From: Gnetum montanum
Lineage: Eukaryota > Plantae > Gnetophyta
Length of the DNA: 63,985 nucleotides
Reading direction: 5' to 3'
NCBI GenBank assembly: GCA_015680685.1
Contig: MNCI01000472.1
Span: forward strand, 677,863 to 741,847
Below are positions 24,701-39,700 of the stretch, in pieces. The position numbers and the translations under genes were made by a program. Below the pieces are notes generated by a model that was given only the letters and a program-made list of their open reading frames with translations, made no database searches and had not been told where the DNA came from. Each line of letters opens with the position of its first letter. Positions within the stretch are counted from its first letter, which is position 1.

Positions 24701-27700
24701 TCCCCGTGCAGGCGCATAAACCGAAGTATCAACCGTTGTTGTCCCAGCATCAATTCGTCCTTGAAGGATGTGATGCCCAACCCCCCCCCCCCCCCCCCCC
24801 CCCCCCCCNNNNNNNNNNNNNNNNNNNNNNNNNNNNNNNNNNNNNNNNNNNNNNNNNNNNNNNNNNNNNNNNNNNNNNNNNNNNNNNNNNNNNNNNNNNN
24901 NNNNNNNNNNNNNNNNNNNNNNNNNNNNNNNNNNNNNNNNNNNNNNNNNNNNNNNNNNNNNNNNNNNTTTGCAACTCAAGAAACGATTTGCCCAATGGCC
25001 CATCCTTCTCTCAACTTTCTCCATCAGTGACCCCCACGAAATGTTCCACCCCCATTGGTAGAGTGGAATGCCCAGGTAAGTGTCTTTGCCTATCCCGAGC
25101 AAGATATTCAGGATTTGCACCACCCAGCCTTTAACCTGCTCATCAACATTAATGAAATGTGCTGAAGATTTAGTCTGATTAATCTCCAACCCCAACTCAG
25201 CTGCCAAACAGGACAGAGCGATGTTGATGCATCGTGCCTGTGGGACCGCTGCCCGACTAAGCAACATTGTGTCATCCGCATAGTGTTCAACCCAACATGC
25301 CACCCCCACAATGTCCAAGCCATCCACCCCGAATGTGCTGCAATAGTTTTGCATTAGGCCCATAGCAATGATAAAAAGTAGGGGCAAAAGCGGGTCCCCC
25401 TTTCGTAGCCCCCTTCCTGGGGAGGATAGACCCCACAGTCACCCCCCCCCCACGTCAAAAGAGAAACCGGCTAAAGACTGCATGTGAATGCAAAGCTGGA
25501 TGAACTGCTAGTCAAAGCCCTTCTGTTGCATGATGGACTTCAAGGCTTCCCAGCTACATGAGCTGAACCAGGTGGCAACCTTGGTGCCAAACCATCCATC
25601 ATGGATAGTTGTAGGAGACTTTAACCAACGCCTTCACACTTGGGAGAAGTCTGGGGGGCTACCCCCCCCCCCCTCCACCTGATACGCAAGAGTTCGAAAA
25701 CTTTCTGGCAACCTACTCCCTGGTGGACTTACCCATTGAGAACTGCCAATTCACATGGAGCAATCAAAGGAAAGGCTCGAACCATGTCCTTTCCCGAATT
25801 GATCGGGTCTGCATCAGCTCCGACCTCCTCCTCCATTCCATCGTCCATGTTTCGGGGCAGGAGAGAGTCACCTCGGACCACTGCTTGCTGGTCTGTTTGC
25901 TTGGGCCAGAAAAGCCCCAGGCCCCACGGTCTTTCCGCTTTGAGGCCACCTGGTTAGCCAAGCCATGGTTGAGGCCGTTGGTTGAGGATATTTGGGCAAA
26001 TTACCGGCCTGGCCAAGGTGATCCCCGAAACTTCCTTAAGGAAGCTTTGCTTCGACTAAAGTGGGCCATCCGGGCGCTCCCAGTGGAGGATAAATTTTCC
26101 TTTAGGACGGGTCAGAAGACACTCAGGGATCAGCTTGGTCGAATCCAGGCCCAATAGGAGGCTGGGGAAGACTTACACAAGGAGGAACAGCACATTTTAC
26201 GTCAACTTCAAAGCCTTGACTTAGAAGAAGAGACATATTGGCGGCAACGCTCCCAGGTCAGATGGCTCTAGGAAGTGGACACGCAAACAAGATTTTTCTT
26301 TGCCATGGCTAAGACACGTGGGGGGGGGGGGGCCAACCACGCTGTCTATGCAACCAGGAGGGAGAGATCATTGACGACCCGCAGAAAATCGCAAACAAGC
26401 TATCGCAGTACTGGGGGAGGATCTTGGCCAAATGATCCACCAGGCCCATCTCGATCCACGTGGCACAGGTGCTGAACAAGGGGGACAACATGCAGCTGCT
26501 GGCCCCCTTTTCGTGGCAGGAACTCACGACCACTATCAACAGCATGCTGGGAGGAAAGGTGCCTGGTCCTGACAGCTGGAGCCTTGAGTTCTTTAAGACA
26601 TTCATGGATATTGTGGAACCCAATATCCTAGATGCGTTCAATCTCATGTTGGCCAAGAGGCAGGTCCAGAGGGAGCTCAACTGCTCCTGCATTGTGTGCA
26701 TCCCAAAACAATCAGACGCACACTGCCCTGAACACTTCCACCCTATCGAAGTGTGCAACGTGCTTATTCGGCTCTTCTCCAAACTACTGGTGCATAGGCT
26801 AGTGCCACTCATGCCCAAACTTGTGGGAATAAACCAGGCTGGCTTTATGCAGGGCTGGACCCTTCAGGACCAACTTCTCCTCGTGCAAGAGGTCCTTCAT
26901 TCACTTCGAACTTCGGGTTTCCCTGGGCTTTGCCTCAAACTATGAACAATCATTAAGATCATTGAATATTTACAATAAGCAAGGACCCTATATATGTCAA
27001 AAAATAATAGATAGTGGAGGAGGGGGGAGGTAGCCATGCATCGGTGGGTGGGGGTGGGGCGTGGGGAGGTAAGGGATACGCAACGAGGGCTATTGGAGGG
27101 GGGTGCAAGGGGTGAGACGTCTCAACTCCATGAGCTGCAAGGGGTGAGACTCGACAGGATTTGGGGGGGTGGGTGCCATTGCTAGGCGGGCCACATAGCT
27201 AGAGCTTTGGGAGGAACAATGGCACCAATGGAAGGAAGAGTTCCACTAGGAGTAGGAGCTTTGGGAGGAAAGATGGCACCAATGGGAGGAAAAGTTCCAC
27301 TAGGAGCAGGAGCTTTGGGAGTAGCAACAAGCACACTCCGTCCGTGAGGTGATGAGGGAGGAGCAGATACGACAAGACCTTGAGAAGGCAATGGCATAGC
27401 AAGAGATTAAGGTGGAGCTCCGGAAGTAAGTCAAGGAGGAGTTGTAGGAAGAGGCCAAGCAACGGGAAGAGGAGGAGTGAGAGGCTGAGGTGTGCCGACT
27501 GCCTACACCTTAGGAAGAGGAGGAGGAGGCCTAGATCAAGCAACAATTGGATCAGGCACATGCTGATGGGGTGCGGGCCTAGTTGTGCCAAGGTCGTCAC
27601 CCCTACGTTATTCTAAATATCAACCGGAATGTGCCTTGGTTGATGCTGCGGCAACACATTCGCAAGGAGGGGAAGAAGTTGCACCCTATTGGGATGCCAC

Positions 27701-30700
27701 GCTAAAGGCAAAAGCCTTCAAGAACTTTCAATAGGCAATGGCTTTTGTGGACTCTAAACAACACAGGGCTATTCTTGATGCCATTCATAGACAGGAAAGG
27801 ACACTCTAGCCATGTACAAGGCTGCCATACCGACTCTGAGCAATAGGGGTGGCAAGGTCCCTTGGGGACTGTTGATTTTTGTCTCCCCCTCTCTATAGGG
27901 AGGCCTTTGGTGTTTGTGTTTTCTGTTTGTCTTGGCCTTGTCTCCCCCTTTCTGGAGGGGGATTTTTGTTGGTGGACATGGGGGATTTCATGGCCGGTTT
28001 TGCAGGGTTGTTTAGTTGGGGTGTTTTTTCTTTGGGCGGTGGAACGCTCCCTCCCCTCTCCTTTTTTTCTGGGAGGAAGCTCAATTGTAAATTTTTGTAA
28101 AATTTTGATTTAATATATCCCAAATTTCTCCAAAAAAAAGTAATAGAAGAGATTAGCATTATCATTGATTTTGATGGCTTATACAATGGAACTTTCATCA
28201 TGTCTCTTGGTTGATGTTTGCAATCCCCAGAAAATTTCAAATGAACTTTAAATTTTATCTCATAATATTTTTTTTCTTTTTTTACCCTTCAAAAGAAATA
28301 GAAAGGAAAGAACAACTTCTTTAACAGAAATAGCATTCACTTCAGCATATAAAAGTTATATGAGAATTCAGTTTATAAAACCTTTTAACAAGATAAATAC
28401 GAACGTACAATTAGATTTATTTCTTCATAGATTGCTGAAATCATAATGTTCCGATAAGAAGAAAAAGAAGAAAACTTGTTGGGAATAAGAACTGTCCGCA
28501 GCTTCTGTGATGAAAAACCAACAGGAAAAGAAAGGTGTTTCTCAAAATGATTGAAGTCCATTTTTGGTGGTTGAAACCGTGCCATCTTTCCCGCGCCTTT
28601 TCTTAGAATATTACAGGCAACAACACTTTTACAGTTTCCTTCATTGCATGCAAAAACGGTAGCCTCTGTCGTGTTGCATTCTGTAATAGTAACTCTCTGG
28701 ATTAAAATGTTGGGGATTAAAGCCATCTTTTCATGAGTTACAACCAACATTCAACAATGATACTATCCATGCAAATCATCCACTTACCACTTTCTTTCAT
28801 GAGCGGTTGTCTACTTTCATTTATTGCATCCTCCAATTTTGAAATACTTGTATCTAAATCACCAGTTTCTATTTCAGCAATGGTTGGTCTTCTTAAATTT
28901 GTAAGAATTTGATTCACTGTCAAGAAACAGGTGATGGTAGCACAATTGAATCCTTTTATCCGAGTAAAAACTCTTGGAAATTAAGTTTTAAAGTTACAAT
29001 CATTTGTTTTTTCAATGTAAATTTCAAAATAAAGGAAAGTAAAGCTATAAAGCCATAAGAATTAAAATCAAACACATCAAATATTTGAAATTAAAGATAC
29101 GTAGCTTAATTTTGAATTTTGCATGTATAAATGTGAAAGGCGATTCAGATGAATTATGTAAGCCTCGTTGAAATCTCATAGGATGACAAGACATTCGAAG
29201 GACATCCAACATCATATAAGAAATGATGTATTTTATATAATATTTTAAAGGCCATTGAATGGATACAGAGACAACTGAAAAGTACTGAGCATTATCCTTT
29301 AAACTTTGGAGATTCCAGTTTAAAAGTAGTGGCTGCACTAATGCCAACCTCTGGCTAAGCATTTACAGTAAAAGGTAAAGCTTTGAGTACGAATGTTTCA
29401 CCTGCACTTAAATATCACTTATATTATTTTCAGAGAGAATTTCAGGAAGGTTTATTATAATGCTGAGAAGTTACAAGGACACCAATAAAAAAAGCTAATC
29501 CCCAGGATCAATTTTGGAGGAGACCCTGCAGAGTCACAGGAGTAGGTCCACACAAACGGGCCATAGCACTTTCACAATTCAAGTACATCGTCCCAACCCC
29601 TGCCCCTTGTCCAGAATCATCAGTTTAAGAAGTACCCCAAATGCTATTAATGGTCCCCCAGTATCCCTGGGCTAGAGTTGCAGGCTACTATCGTTATTTA
29701 AGTTTTAGCTTTCCCTTGTTGATCGATGCTATCATTTATCTCTATGACAAGAATGCGACCTGTTCCTCAGACATTAGGCAAGTCAAGGAAGAGAAAACTC
29801 CACATTTTTATACATACTATGGGAAGAACTATTGCTAGCTTTATTTGTCATTATATTCATGAAATTATAAAGATAGAAGAAATAAGATTGAGGCAGGATG
29901 GTCAAAATGAAGACAAACTAGTATTGTGCTATGTCATAAAAAAATCCCAATAAAACTGAAGGGAAAATTTTACAAGAAAATAATAAAGTATGCTATCTTA
30001 TAACATGTTGAATGTTGGGTAGTACAAAAGAGGCATGAACAAGAAGTCAATATGGCAGAAATCCCAATGCTTAGACAGATTTTAAAATATTAAAAGAAGA
30101 GATAAAATGCACAATATACACATTCAAATAAGACTTGGAGTGGCTTTTATTTTAGATACATTGTAGGAATAGCATCATAGATGGCTTGGGCATGTGCAAA
30201 GAAAATCATATAATGAGCCTATAAAAAAATGTTGCTACCATACTGTTCTAGGAAAGCCACAGAAATAAAGACTAGAAAAGAGATGGGAAAAAACAATTCA
30301 TGAGGATATGAAAAAATTGCAAATAAACAAAGATCTAGCTCTTCATAGACATGAATGGCAAAAAAGAACTCATAGAGCCAACCCCATTTGGTTGGATCAA
30401 CGCTAGGATGATGATGATGATGACTATTCCTCAATGCTTAGAGTCCAAGGGAGACAATTTCAAATTTTGTACATACCATGGGAGGACCATCTCTGTTTTT
30501 TTCCTGAATGAGAGGATCCTGCCAATTTTTGTATTATTGTAATTGTGCTTTTAAATTTCATATATAAGATAATATCCCAGCCTTTCCCCCAAGAAAAGAG
30601 TTTGATAACTTTCTTTATTTATGTAATTTTCCTAGCCTAAAATTGTATTTATTTATTTTTAAAAAATTTTGTATGGGGTAAATGTAAACGCAAGTTGATG

Positions 30701-33700
30701 TAGCCCAACTGCTAAGGGGAATTATTATTGTTGTTATTAAAAATAATTTGTTGTTTACATTTCTTGATTTTCAATTCATTCATTTTGAATAAACCAATGG
30801 AGAATCCTCTTTAGCCTACAGGCTTTTTATCTTCCTAATGTTCCCAGTTCTAAAGTACACAAATACCTGCAGGGAACTACAAATTCCAAAAGCAGCAACT
30901 AATGGCACCCTATGCTTTTACCAAAAGCTGAGAATAATCCAATAAAACACTAATTCACAATCAGGGCAGAGGAGTGTGGCAGAAGGGAACACGAGGACAA
31001 CCTACACCAGCAAGTGGAGGAGCTTTGCCACCAGGCAAAGGCCGTTAGGATGAACACCAAAGAAAAATCCGGGAGGCTACACTTCACAACTCCCTGGAAC
31101 TCCCTGGAGGAACAACTTTTAATGCAAATTAGAGAAGAGCTTCACAGAGAGGAGCAGCAGCAGCAGCTCAGGGAGGAGCACCTTCAAGAGGAGGAGCAGC
31201 TGTGTGAACGCCAACAGTCCATGCATGAATTTAATGCTTGGCACTAGTTTATGGCTGGCAAGTGCCCCTCCGTTGTGATGGGGATCAATAGAAACACCTC
31301 CTGGTCTGGGCTGCATAAGCATATCAAGATCCAATCAAGTGGCCTCCACCCTAATAAAGCCAAACACCTGGGTACAGAGGCCCTGGCCCAACAAGAGGAT
31401 AAGTATAAAGAAATTTAGGAGGATGCAGCTTTTGTCTAATCTAAGGCTTACCCGAACATTTTGGATTCCAACCACATATGGGAAAAGCCTGTTTGTACCT
31501 ACACTAAATCACTAATGAATTGCCTCTGTACCTAGTATAAACCTGCCATCTACCCTGAAAAAAGTCTATGTGAACAGAAGGTTGCACTCTTATTGTAATG
31601 AACCACTCCTTGAATTTTAATATTGATGATTACAAGTGTTTGTGTGTCTGTTTGGTAGATGTGCTTTGCTATTGACATTGGATTGCAGTATAAGTGATTA
31701 ATTAGAACATTATTAAATTTTGAATGTTGGCTTGTTTTTCATATATTTTATCTCTATATCATGTTTAAAAGTTTAAATGCTTGTTGTATGAGAAATATGC
31801 TAAAAAATGCATGCTGCAAATGCTTAATAAAATATATACATGGAAAAGAAAATATTTTCTAATCTACTTCAGCAAGAAGGACCGGAAAATAAAAGAGATA
31901 AACAAAGATACTCTATGGTAGGCTGCAATATAAATGATTTAAAAAGAAAATGAAAAATACTCATTATTGAGGAACTTGACCTATGAATAAATGTAGTGCC
32001 CCACATTTGTACATGTAACCCTAGTACCCTATTAAACACTTAAGACTTTTAATTCTTTTAAAGCTTATATATATTTGTAGATGTGCCTAATACTTCTTAG
32101 TAATATGAAGACTTCTGTTTCAGTGACGTGACATAAGCAAGATTACTATTTATTTCTCATTTATGTCTAATTTTTTATTATTTATATATATAGACAAATG
32201 AGCATAGCAAAGTCTAACATTATTTTAGAATAATATTAGGAAATTAATGTGATGTGGATCTATGGTTTATTTTAATCTTTAGTTAGAATTTTTAAATTAT
32301 TGAATATTTAATTAATTAAAACACCTAGAGTATAGATCTACAATTAGTCTTTCAATTGGAAATTGAATGCTAGATTTTGAGATTTTAATGTTAAAGGATT
32401 AAAATAGCACCCAAGAGGTTTACAAAAGCGGTCTTTAAGTAGACCATGAAGATTTTGTCATGGAATTGCAAAGGACAAGGTACCCCATACAAACAAAGTA
32501 TCCTTAAAGAATTAGTGCAAAGTAAAGATTGCACAATAGTTTGTCTACAAGAAACTAAGCTTCATTTGGGGAATTGTTCGACACTACACTAGGCAAAATG
32601 GTTCTCGCAGTTTATGGATTGTTGTGGGCAGGCTGGAGGCTTGGCTACCAATTCTCGCCTTCCCCATGAGCTAGTGCACTCCTCCGCTTGGAGTATCACA
32701 GTGTTTTTTCCTTCACACAACCTATGGCTTACAAATTTTATGGTTCGCAATGCTAGGATGAACACATACAAGAGTTGCAAAGGATTGCTAGCTGCATTCC
32801 TAATGAGCGTGCTTGGGTTTTAATCAAGGACTTTAATACGCAAGTATATGCTTTGGATAAGACTAGGCAGGCCATGCAAAGGGCTGCAGACGAGGCATGG
32901 GAGGCTAAGCAGCGGGAGTGGGAGGCCAAGTGGCATGAAGCCCTTGCGCAGGCCCGGGCCGACTTGGAGGCCCAATTTTCTGAGCAGGAACAAGAGCGGG
33001 TGAGGCAGCAAGACCTCATGGCCGAAGCTGCCAGGGCCTGTTTAATTGACAAAATTTGGGCCCAAGTGAGGGATGAGTTGGCTCAGGAGGAAGCGGCCCA
33101 GAGAAAGCAGGAGCAAGTAGAGTAGGAGCGGCTTCAAGAGGAGGAAGAGCAGCGACAACGGCAACTCAATCGGGCTCACGAGCACAACGCCTGCCAGTGG
33201 CTCAGAGGGGGGCGGTGCCCGTACCTCATCCTGGGCATCAGCTCTGAGTGCTCCTGGGGTGAGCTCAAGCACCATATCCGCCGAACTTCAACGCGTTTCC
33301 ATCTTGATGCAGGCGCCTCGCAGGCAAGAGTCAACCATGCAGGGTATCCAGCAAGCAGCCAGTTTCATGGACACAAAAGACCACCGAAACACTCTGGACT
33401 TTCTCCATGAGCTGGAGCACCCTCACTGTGCCTGCCGACGAACCCCTGGGGGGGTTGGCTCCAAGTCATGAGCGACATTTGCCCCCCCTTGGGCCAAGGT
33501 CATTTCCGCGTCCCTCCCCCCCCCCCAGTGCTGTCGTTCAATGCTTTCCCTCGATTTCTTGGGGCTGATCTTTTGTCTTTGCACGGCTTTTTGGGTGCTG
33601 ATCTTTTTGGCCTTGGGGATCTTTCCCCTCCTTGGCAAGCCATTGCTGATGGCCCACCTTTTGTAATCTCTTGTACTATAATCCGTCTTCATAGTAATAT

Positions 33701-36700
33701 ATTCCCGACTACTTTCTCAAAAAAAAAAAACTAGGCAAGAAACTAATCCACCACCAAGGCACTTGCACTTCCATCAATTTCTGGATACACCCGATCTAGT
33801 AGACATCAGGCTTACAAGTTGCCTCTACACTTGGAGCAACAGAAGGAGGGGGGCTAATCGGGTTACGTCCAAAATCGACAAGGTGTGGGTAAGTGCCGAG
33901 ATCCTTATTTCACATGAAATATTCTCCAGGGGCAAGAAAGGACAGCATTAGATCATCAGGTTCTCATATGTACAATCCAAAAACCATACAGACGTAGAAT
34001 TCTCCCCTTTCGTTTCAAAAAATCCTGGATCTCAAAGTCATGGCTACAAAGTTTGCTTACAGAGATCTGAGCTAAGTACCCTAACACCGTTGACCTTCAA
34101 GATTTTTTGAAATATGGGATGTCTATGCTCAAGTGCAAGATTTGGAACATTCAAACCTTTGAAAAGTATTCTTTCGAGGCCTCTCAAGCTGCCAAGCAAC
34201 AAGCTCTAATGGACGTCTAGGCCAAACAGAAAGCTAGAGAATAGCTAGTTGAGGAAGAGCATAGACTATTGGTGGAGCTTCAACAATTGGCAGAAGAGGA
34301 AAAACCGTACTGGAAACAAAGATCCAAGGTCAAATGGCTTTGAGAGGGGGGGCATAATATGCACTTCTTCTTTGCTACTGCAAAAGCACACAATGACTCC
34401 AAGAAAATTCACCGATTGATCCATAGGGAATGTACCTTACACCATCTGTATGAGATTGCTTAGGCCATGCAATAGTACTAGTTGGACATATGGAAAAGAG
34501 GAGATTCTGCACCTATGTCAGCTACGATCCAAAGGGTGGTTGGCACAAATGAAAACCAAAGGTTCATTGCAACCATTACAAAGCAAGAGCTGTCAGAGGT
34601 CATGACAACCCTAAAAAGTGATAACACTTTAAGGCCTAACAGGTGGCCCATCGAATTATTTCGAGAGTTCACTGATATTCTAGGGGACAACATCCTTGAT
34701 GCCTTCAACCTCATGTTGCAAAGGCAGCAAGTGAGACACGAGATTAGTTGTTCAAGAATTGCCCTTATCCCAATAACGGAGAATCCCACAAAGCTATCTC
34801 ACTTTAGGCCTATTGAAGTGTGTAACACACTCCTCTGACTTTTTACAAAAATTCTAGTTAAGCACTTACAATCTTTGATGCCAACCTTGGTTGGGCCACA
34901 ACAGGTGGGGTTCATCAAAGAAAGATATATTCGAAATCAGATCCTTCTCTTGCAAGAACTCATGCATTTTGTGCACAGAGCCAAATTCTTGGGAATGTGT
35001 GTCAAGCTTGACATCACAAAAGCATACAATATCGTACACTGGACTACTCTCCATAATATAATGCTCAAAAAGGGAATTCACCCACAATTTGTCAACCTTT
35101 GCATCAACATCCAAGCAATGGGAGCATACTCTTTTAACATTAACAGGCATCTTTGGGGCTTTTCCTCCCTCAGTAGAAGGCTGCAAAAAAGAGATCCTTT
35201 ATCACCATACATGCTTATTATTGCAATGGACACCATGAAGTTGTATTGTAGGATGGAAGGGGTCAAAGGCCTAAACATCGAAGATGTTACATGCAACATT
35301 GAACATTATGTTGATGACACAATTTTAAGAACTCGGGCTGCAGTTCAACAAGCACAAGCTATCAATGAGACTTTTGAAAAAATGGCCAAAGAGATTGGCT
35401 TGGAGCTCAACAAGGGAAAATCCTCTATCTACTTCTTCCACATTGAGAATGTGGTGAAAAGGCAAGTCTACCAAGAGCTCAAGATTCTGTAGGGTAAGGT
35501 AGGGGACTCCTATCTTGGAATTCCAATGTTTGCATGGAATAGAAAGACATCATGGTCCTAGATTATTCAAAGACTCTAATCGTATGTTGGCCATTGGACT
35601 ACACATTTCCTCACAAGGAAAGGCACAATCATTTTGGCCACTTGTGTTCTTTCCGCCATGGCTCGCTACATTGCTTTTGTCGCCAGTCACCCAAGAGGGG
35701 TTATTGAGAAGATATATCAAATTATTAGGAAATTCATGTGATCAGGGAAAAAGCAGGAGAACCTCGTTAGCTAGGAAAAGGTGGCAAAACCAAAGCTTGT
35801 CAGAGGGTTGGAGTGCTAAAGTTTGAGGATGCCATATTAATGGGGCACCAAAACATTTTGAATCTATTTATGCAATAAGATGGCTACCATGTGCAATAGG
35901 TAAACATCCTTTAGAATAAATATCAACCTTGGTTTGCAAACGCTCAAGACTCTCATATATGACGTAACCTCTGCTCCCATGCTAGTAAGGTAAGCCAATG
36001 GGGGTTGATGGGTGCACGACCTAGGGACATCATCAAATTTAAATATCTTGTCACACGTGGGTGGTTGGCCACCTGGAAGGGGCATCTACCCAAAAAAATT
36101 AAATGCTCTTTGTGGCTTTTGAATCGAGGATCCTCCCAATAAGGGCGGTGCTAAGAATGTGAGGGCGACAAATTGAAGACACCCATCCACTTTGTGGCAC
36201 CGCTATAGAAACAATTTACCACTTTGTGATTTTCTACCCCTTCACTGTCAAAGTGTGGAAGGAGCCAAAGCTTTAGCAACCTCTACATCTACACAATGAC
36301 GCACCTACAACTGTTGTACTATAGTGTGTCTGACGCCATCGAAATGAGCAGGTTTTTTGGTCTACTCGGCCACTACCGCTTGCATAGGTTGCAAGTCTCA
36401 ATGCCCTACTCTAGCATGAGGTGACCGCAACCATGGAAGTCATGCCTACCTTTAAACTAGAGTGTAGGACTTTTCACTCCAACATGCAACTTTGGGGCTT
36501 GGTGGTTTATGTTGGCTGGGAAGACCTCCTCCCCCAGCTTGTGGGTGATCCAAACCTGCCAAATGAGGCCTTCTTTAGGCATTATAGGGGGAGGCAATGA
36601 TATTCCGAGGTGGAAGAACATGCCACAAGGGAAGAGTTGCAACAAAAGATGGAGCAGGAGTGCAAGGAGTGGGTTGAGCAAGAGGAGCAACATAGATAGG

Positions 36701-39700
36701 AAGCAAACAAGGAGGTCATGTGCTAGTGGAAGCTAAGAGAAGCTACCCTCAGAAGTGAGCTCAAGGACATCTTGTGCCTTCAAAGTCTCAAAGACTTGCT
36801 CAAGGAGCAAGAATGGAAAAGAAGAGCCACTAAAGAGGCAAAGCAGCAGGCTAGGGAGCTCGAAGAAGAGCTATAGATGTAGCGCAAGCAAAACAAAGCG
36901 CATGAAACAAACGCTCATCGCTGATTGCAATAGGGTCATTGCCCATACATTATCATGAAGGCAAACCACATTGTAGCTTGGCACACCTCGTGCAAATTTA
37001 TCAATGTTACCTCCAGTAGGTTGCACCCAGATAGTGCCAAATCACAGGTCACATGCCACCAATGTGAGGAAGAGTACAAGAAATTTCAAGAGGCAATGGC
37101 TTTTATCTCCTCAAAACAACAATAGGCCATCCTAGATGCAATTCATGTGCAGGAAAGACCCCGTTGCCATTGTAATCAACTTCCTAATCCTACTTCGGGT
37201 GGGCCTCAAGGTTCTTAGGTTGCCCCAATGGAAAATTTTGCTTGCACTTACTAGGGGATTCTTCACCCATTGATGTTTCCAAATGGTGATGTTTCCTAGG
37301 GAAGAGCAACCTTCCTATTTTGGGGGGTTTCCTCTCCTCCTTTCTTCTAGCTTGTACATATATGTTTTATTCTCGCTTAATATTAACCTAACCTTTTCTC
37401 ACAAAAAAACACATCCAAACAAATCCCCATTAACCTTGGAACCCCCTAAACTCATCAAAATAAGCTCCAAACATACCAAAACACCTCGGAATCATCACCA
37501 ACAAGGCCAACATAAGAAGACACACATACACATAAAAATACATGTGATGCCTTCTATCAATAGCCTATGGACTCCCTCAACTCTACAATAGTTGTTCATC
37601 AAGTCCATAGATATGATAAATAGATAGGGTGAGAAGGGATCCCCTTGTCAAAGCCCTCTCTATGGAGAAGAAAAGCCCATAAGCTAACCTTCAAAACTAA
37701 AGGAGAAAGCTCCTACCCATTGAATGCATATGCATAACTAGACAAATCTCTAATTGAAGCCAGCATAATATGTTGTAGAGTTGACCATTCTAGAAACTCA
37801 TATGCCTTAGAAATGTCTAGTTTCATAAACATGCCTTAGAAAAAAAAAGGCTTCTTTGACTTAAGGAAAAGCTATCTTTTTCCCTGCATGCCTCTATAAT
37901 CCTTCCCTCTTCAACGACTTTGGACACCAGCTTCTACCATCCAGGTCCTCCTTCTGAGCCACCAAGGTTGCCCTCTAGACTACCACTATCACAATCACAT
38001 CCACTACAACCACCATCTTAAGCCTTGTCTTTGCCACCCCCATAGTCTTCAACTCTATTGTGTCCACTATTAATGCCCACTACCACCCTCTCTCATTCCA
38101 TTGCTCCCACTATTGCATCCATCGGTACCCCCTCTAGAAAACCCATCATCTCTCCTATTGTTACACCCACCTTTGCATCCACCATCACCATTGCGCTTCT
38201 CATAGTTTTCTTGTATTGCAAATCACTTATTTTATGAATACTATGATTTATAGTTGTACTCTTTGTGTTACTACTTATATTTGGTTACGCATAATTTAAA
38301 ACTGCTAAGGTGAATTGGTTGAGTTAATTTGCTTATAGTTGAACAAGAAGGCTATAGATATGATTTCAAGTTTAATTGTCTAGACATTTGTATTATACTT
38401 GGAAGCATATTGTATAATGAGAGATGTCAATTGTCACCTTGGCATTCTCTTCCTAATAGATCCTTGGATTATTGTTTGCATTATATAATTTTCTGTGTTT
38501 ATAATTTACCTTTTTTATGCTAAAATGATTGTTGTAAATGCTAGTCTAATTTCTATTTAAAAAAATTCATCCTTGCATTTTTCAACTAGCATTTTGGGAA
38601 GTTTGGGTTTTAACTCTTGCTCCCTACCAATGAGTGTTACACTTTTAACCATTAACAATAATAACTCTAGTTTGTCACTCCTAAGTTGCATCTCAAGCGT
38701 TACTATCCTATAACTAGTCATTGATCCATCTCATAACAAGTAAATCCATGCAATGTGAAAAAGTAATTGATACTTACCAAAAACATCATCCACTAGTTAC
38801 TAAAAAATAATTAAGAATTCATGCTCAAAATCCATGTCCATGCTAGAGGTAAACACCAATTGAATTAGTACAAACGGCTCCAAAAATGAGCTTGAGCAAA
38901 AATTCAAAGCTTTGGTCACTTTCAAGGATACACTATGAACTTGGTGCCTCTCTTCCTCAGGTTCGCCAATCATCTGGCATCAAGCAGCCTTGTGTTGACT
39001 TAAAAATCATGAAATTTTGAAATTTTTGAAGAATTTCAGACATCATGTCTTTGCCTAATGTGTAAAGTTCAGTGCAAAAACCATTTACTCAAGTCAAAAA
39101 TGAACTATGATTTTGGACAAGACTATGCTCTATGATAGTAAGCATGAGCTGATAGGCCAGTGGTAATGCCCACAGGCCTTGCAACCAAGGCTGCCAGGCA
39201 CAAATCCCTCCAGCCATGTTAGAGCCCACCAACATTAGAACCCATATTCTCATATCCAAGGCAGAAAATGCAGTTAAGCAATCACTATAGTTTGTCCAGT
39301 TCTGACTAGAAATTAGATATTCTCTTCACAAAAAATAAAAATTAAAAAAATTTGTGTCGGTATAATGTAAGAACAATTTAGAGACTATTTCCAAATAAAA
39401 GCCGTGTGGTATATACTTCGAGTAGCATACAATAATGTAGAGCTCCAAACACATAACATTATGAACTCATAACAATCAATTGTCCACAGATTTTGCAGCT
39501 ATGTAATCAACAAAAAGAAAAAGGTTTGATTGCAAAAAAATGAACACACCATCTCGATGAATTTTAGTAGGAACATTTGAAGAGTCTTCCATCCCATTGG
39601 AGTTTTCTGCATCCTGTTTTTCAATATCTTTATGGCCTGAACCATAAAGTTCACTATCGGACCTTTTATTTAAGGAAACGTTGAGTGCTGGAATCCTAGG

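Noticed and set aside
24781-24808. Poly-C tract as a G-quadruplex/regulatory element
   Set aside because: It abuts an N-gap inside RT coding sequence, so it is probably an assembly artefact.
39143-39220. tRNA gene
   Set aside because: A/B-box-like motifs only; B box and stems are degenerate. At most a SINE head.
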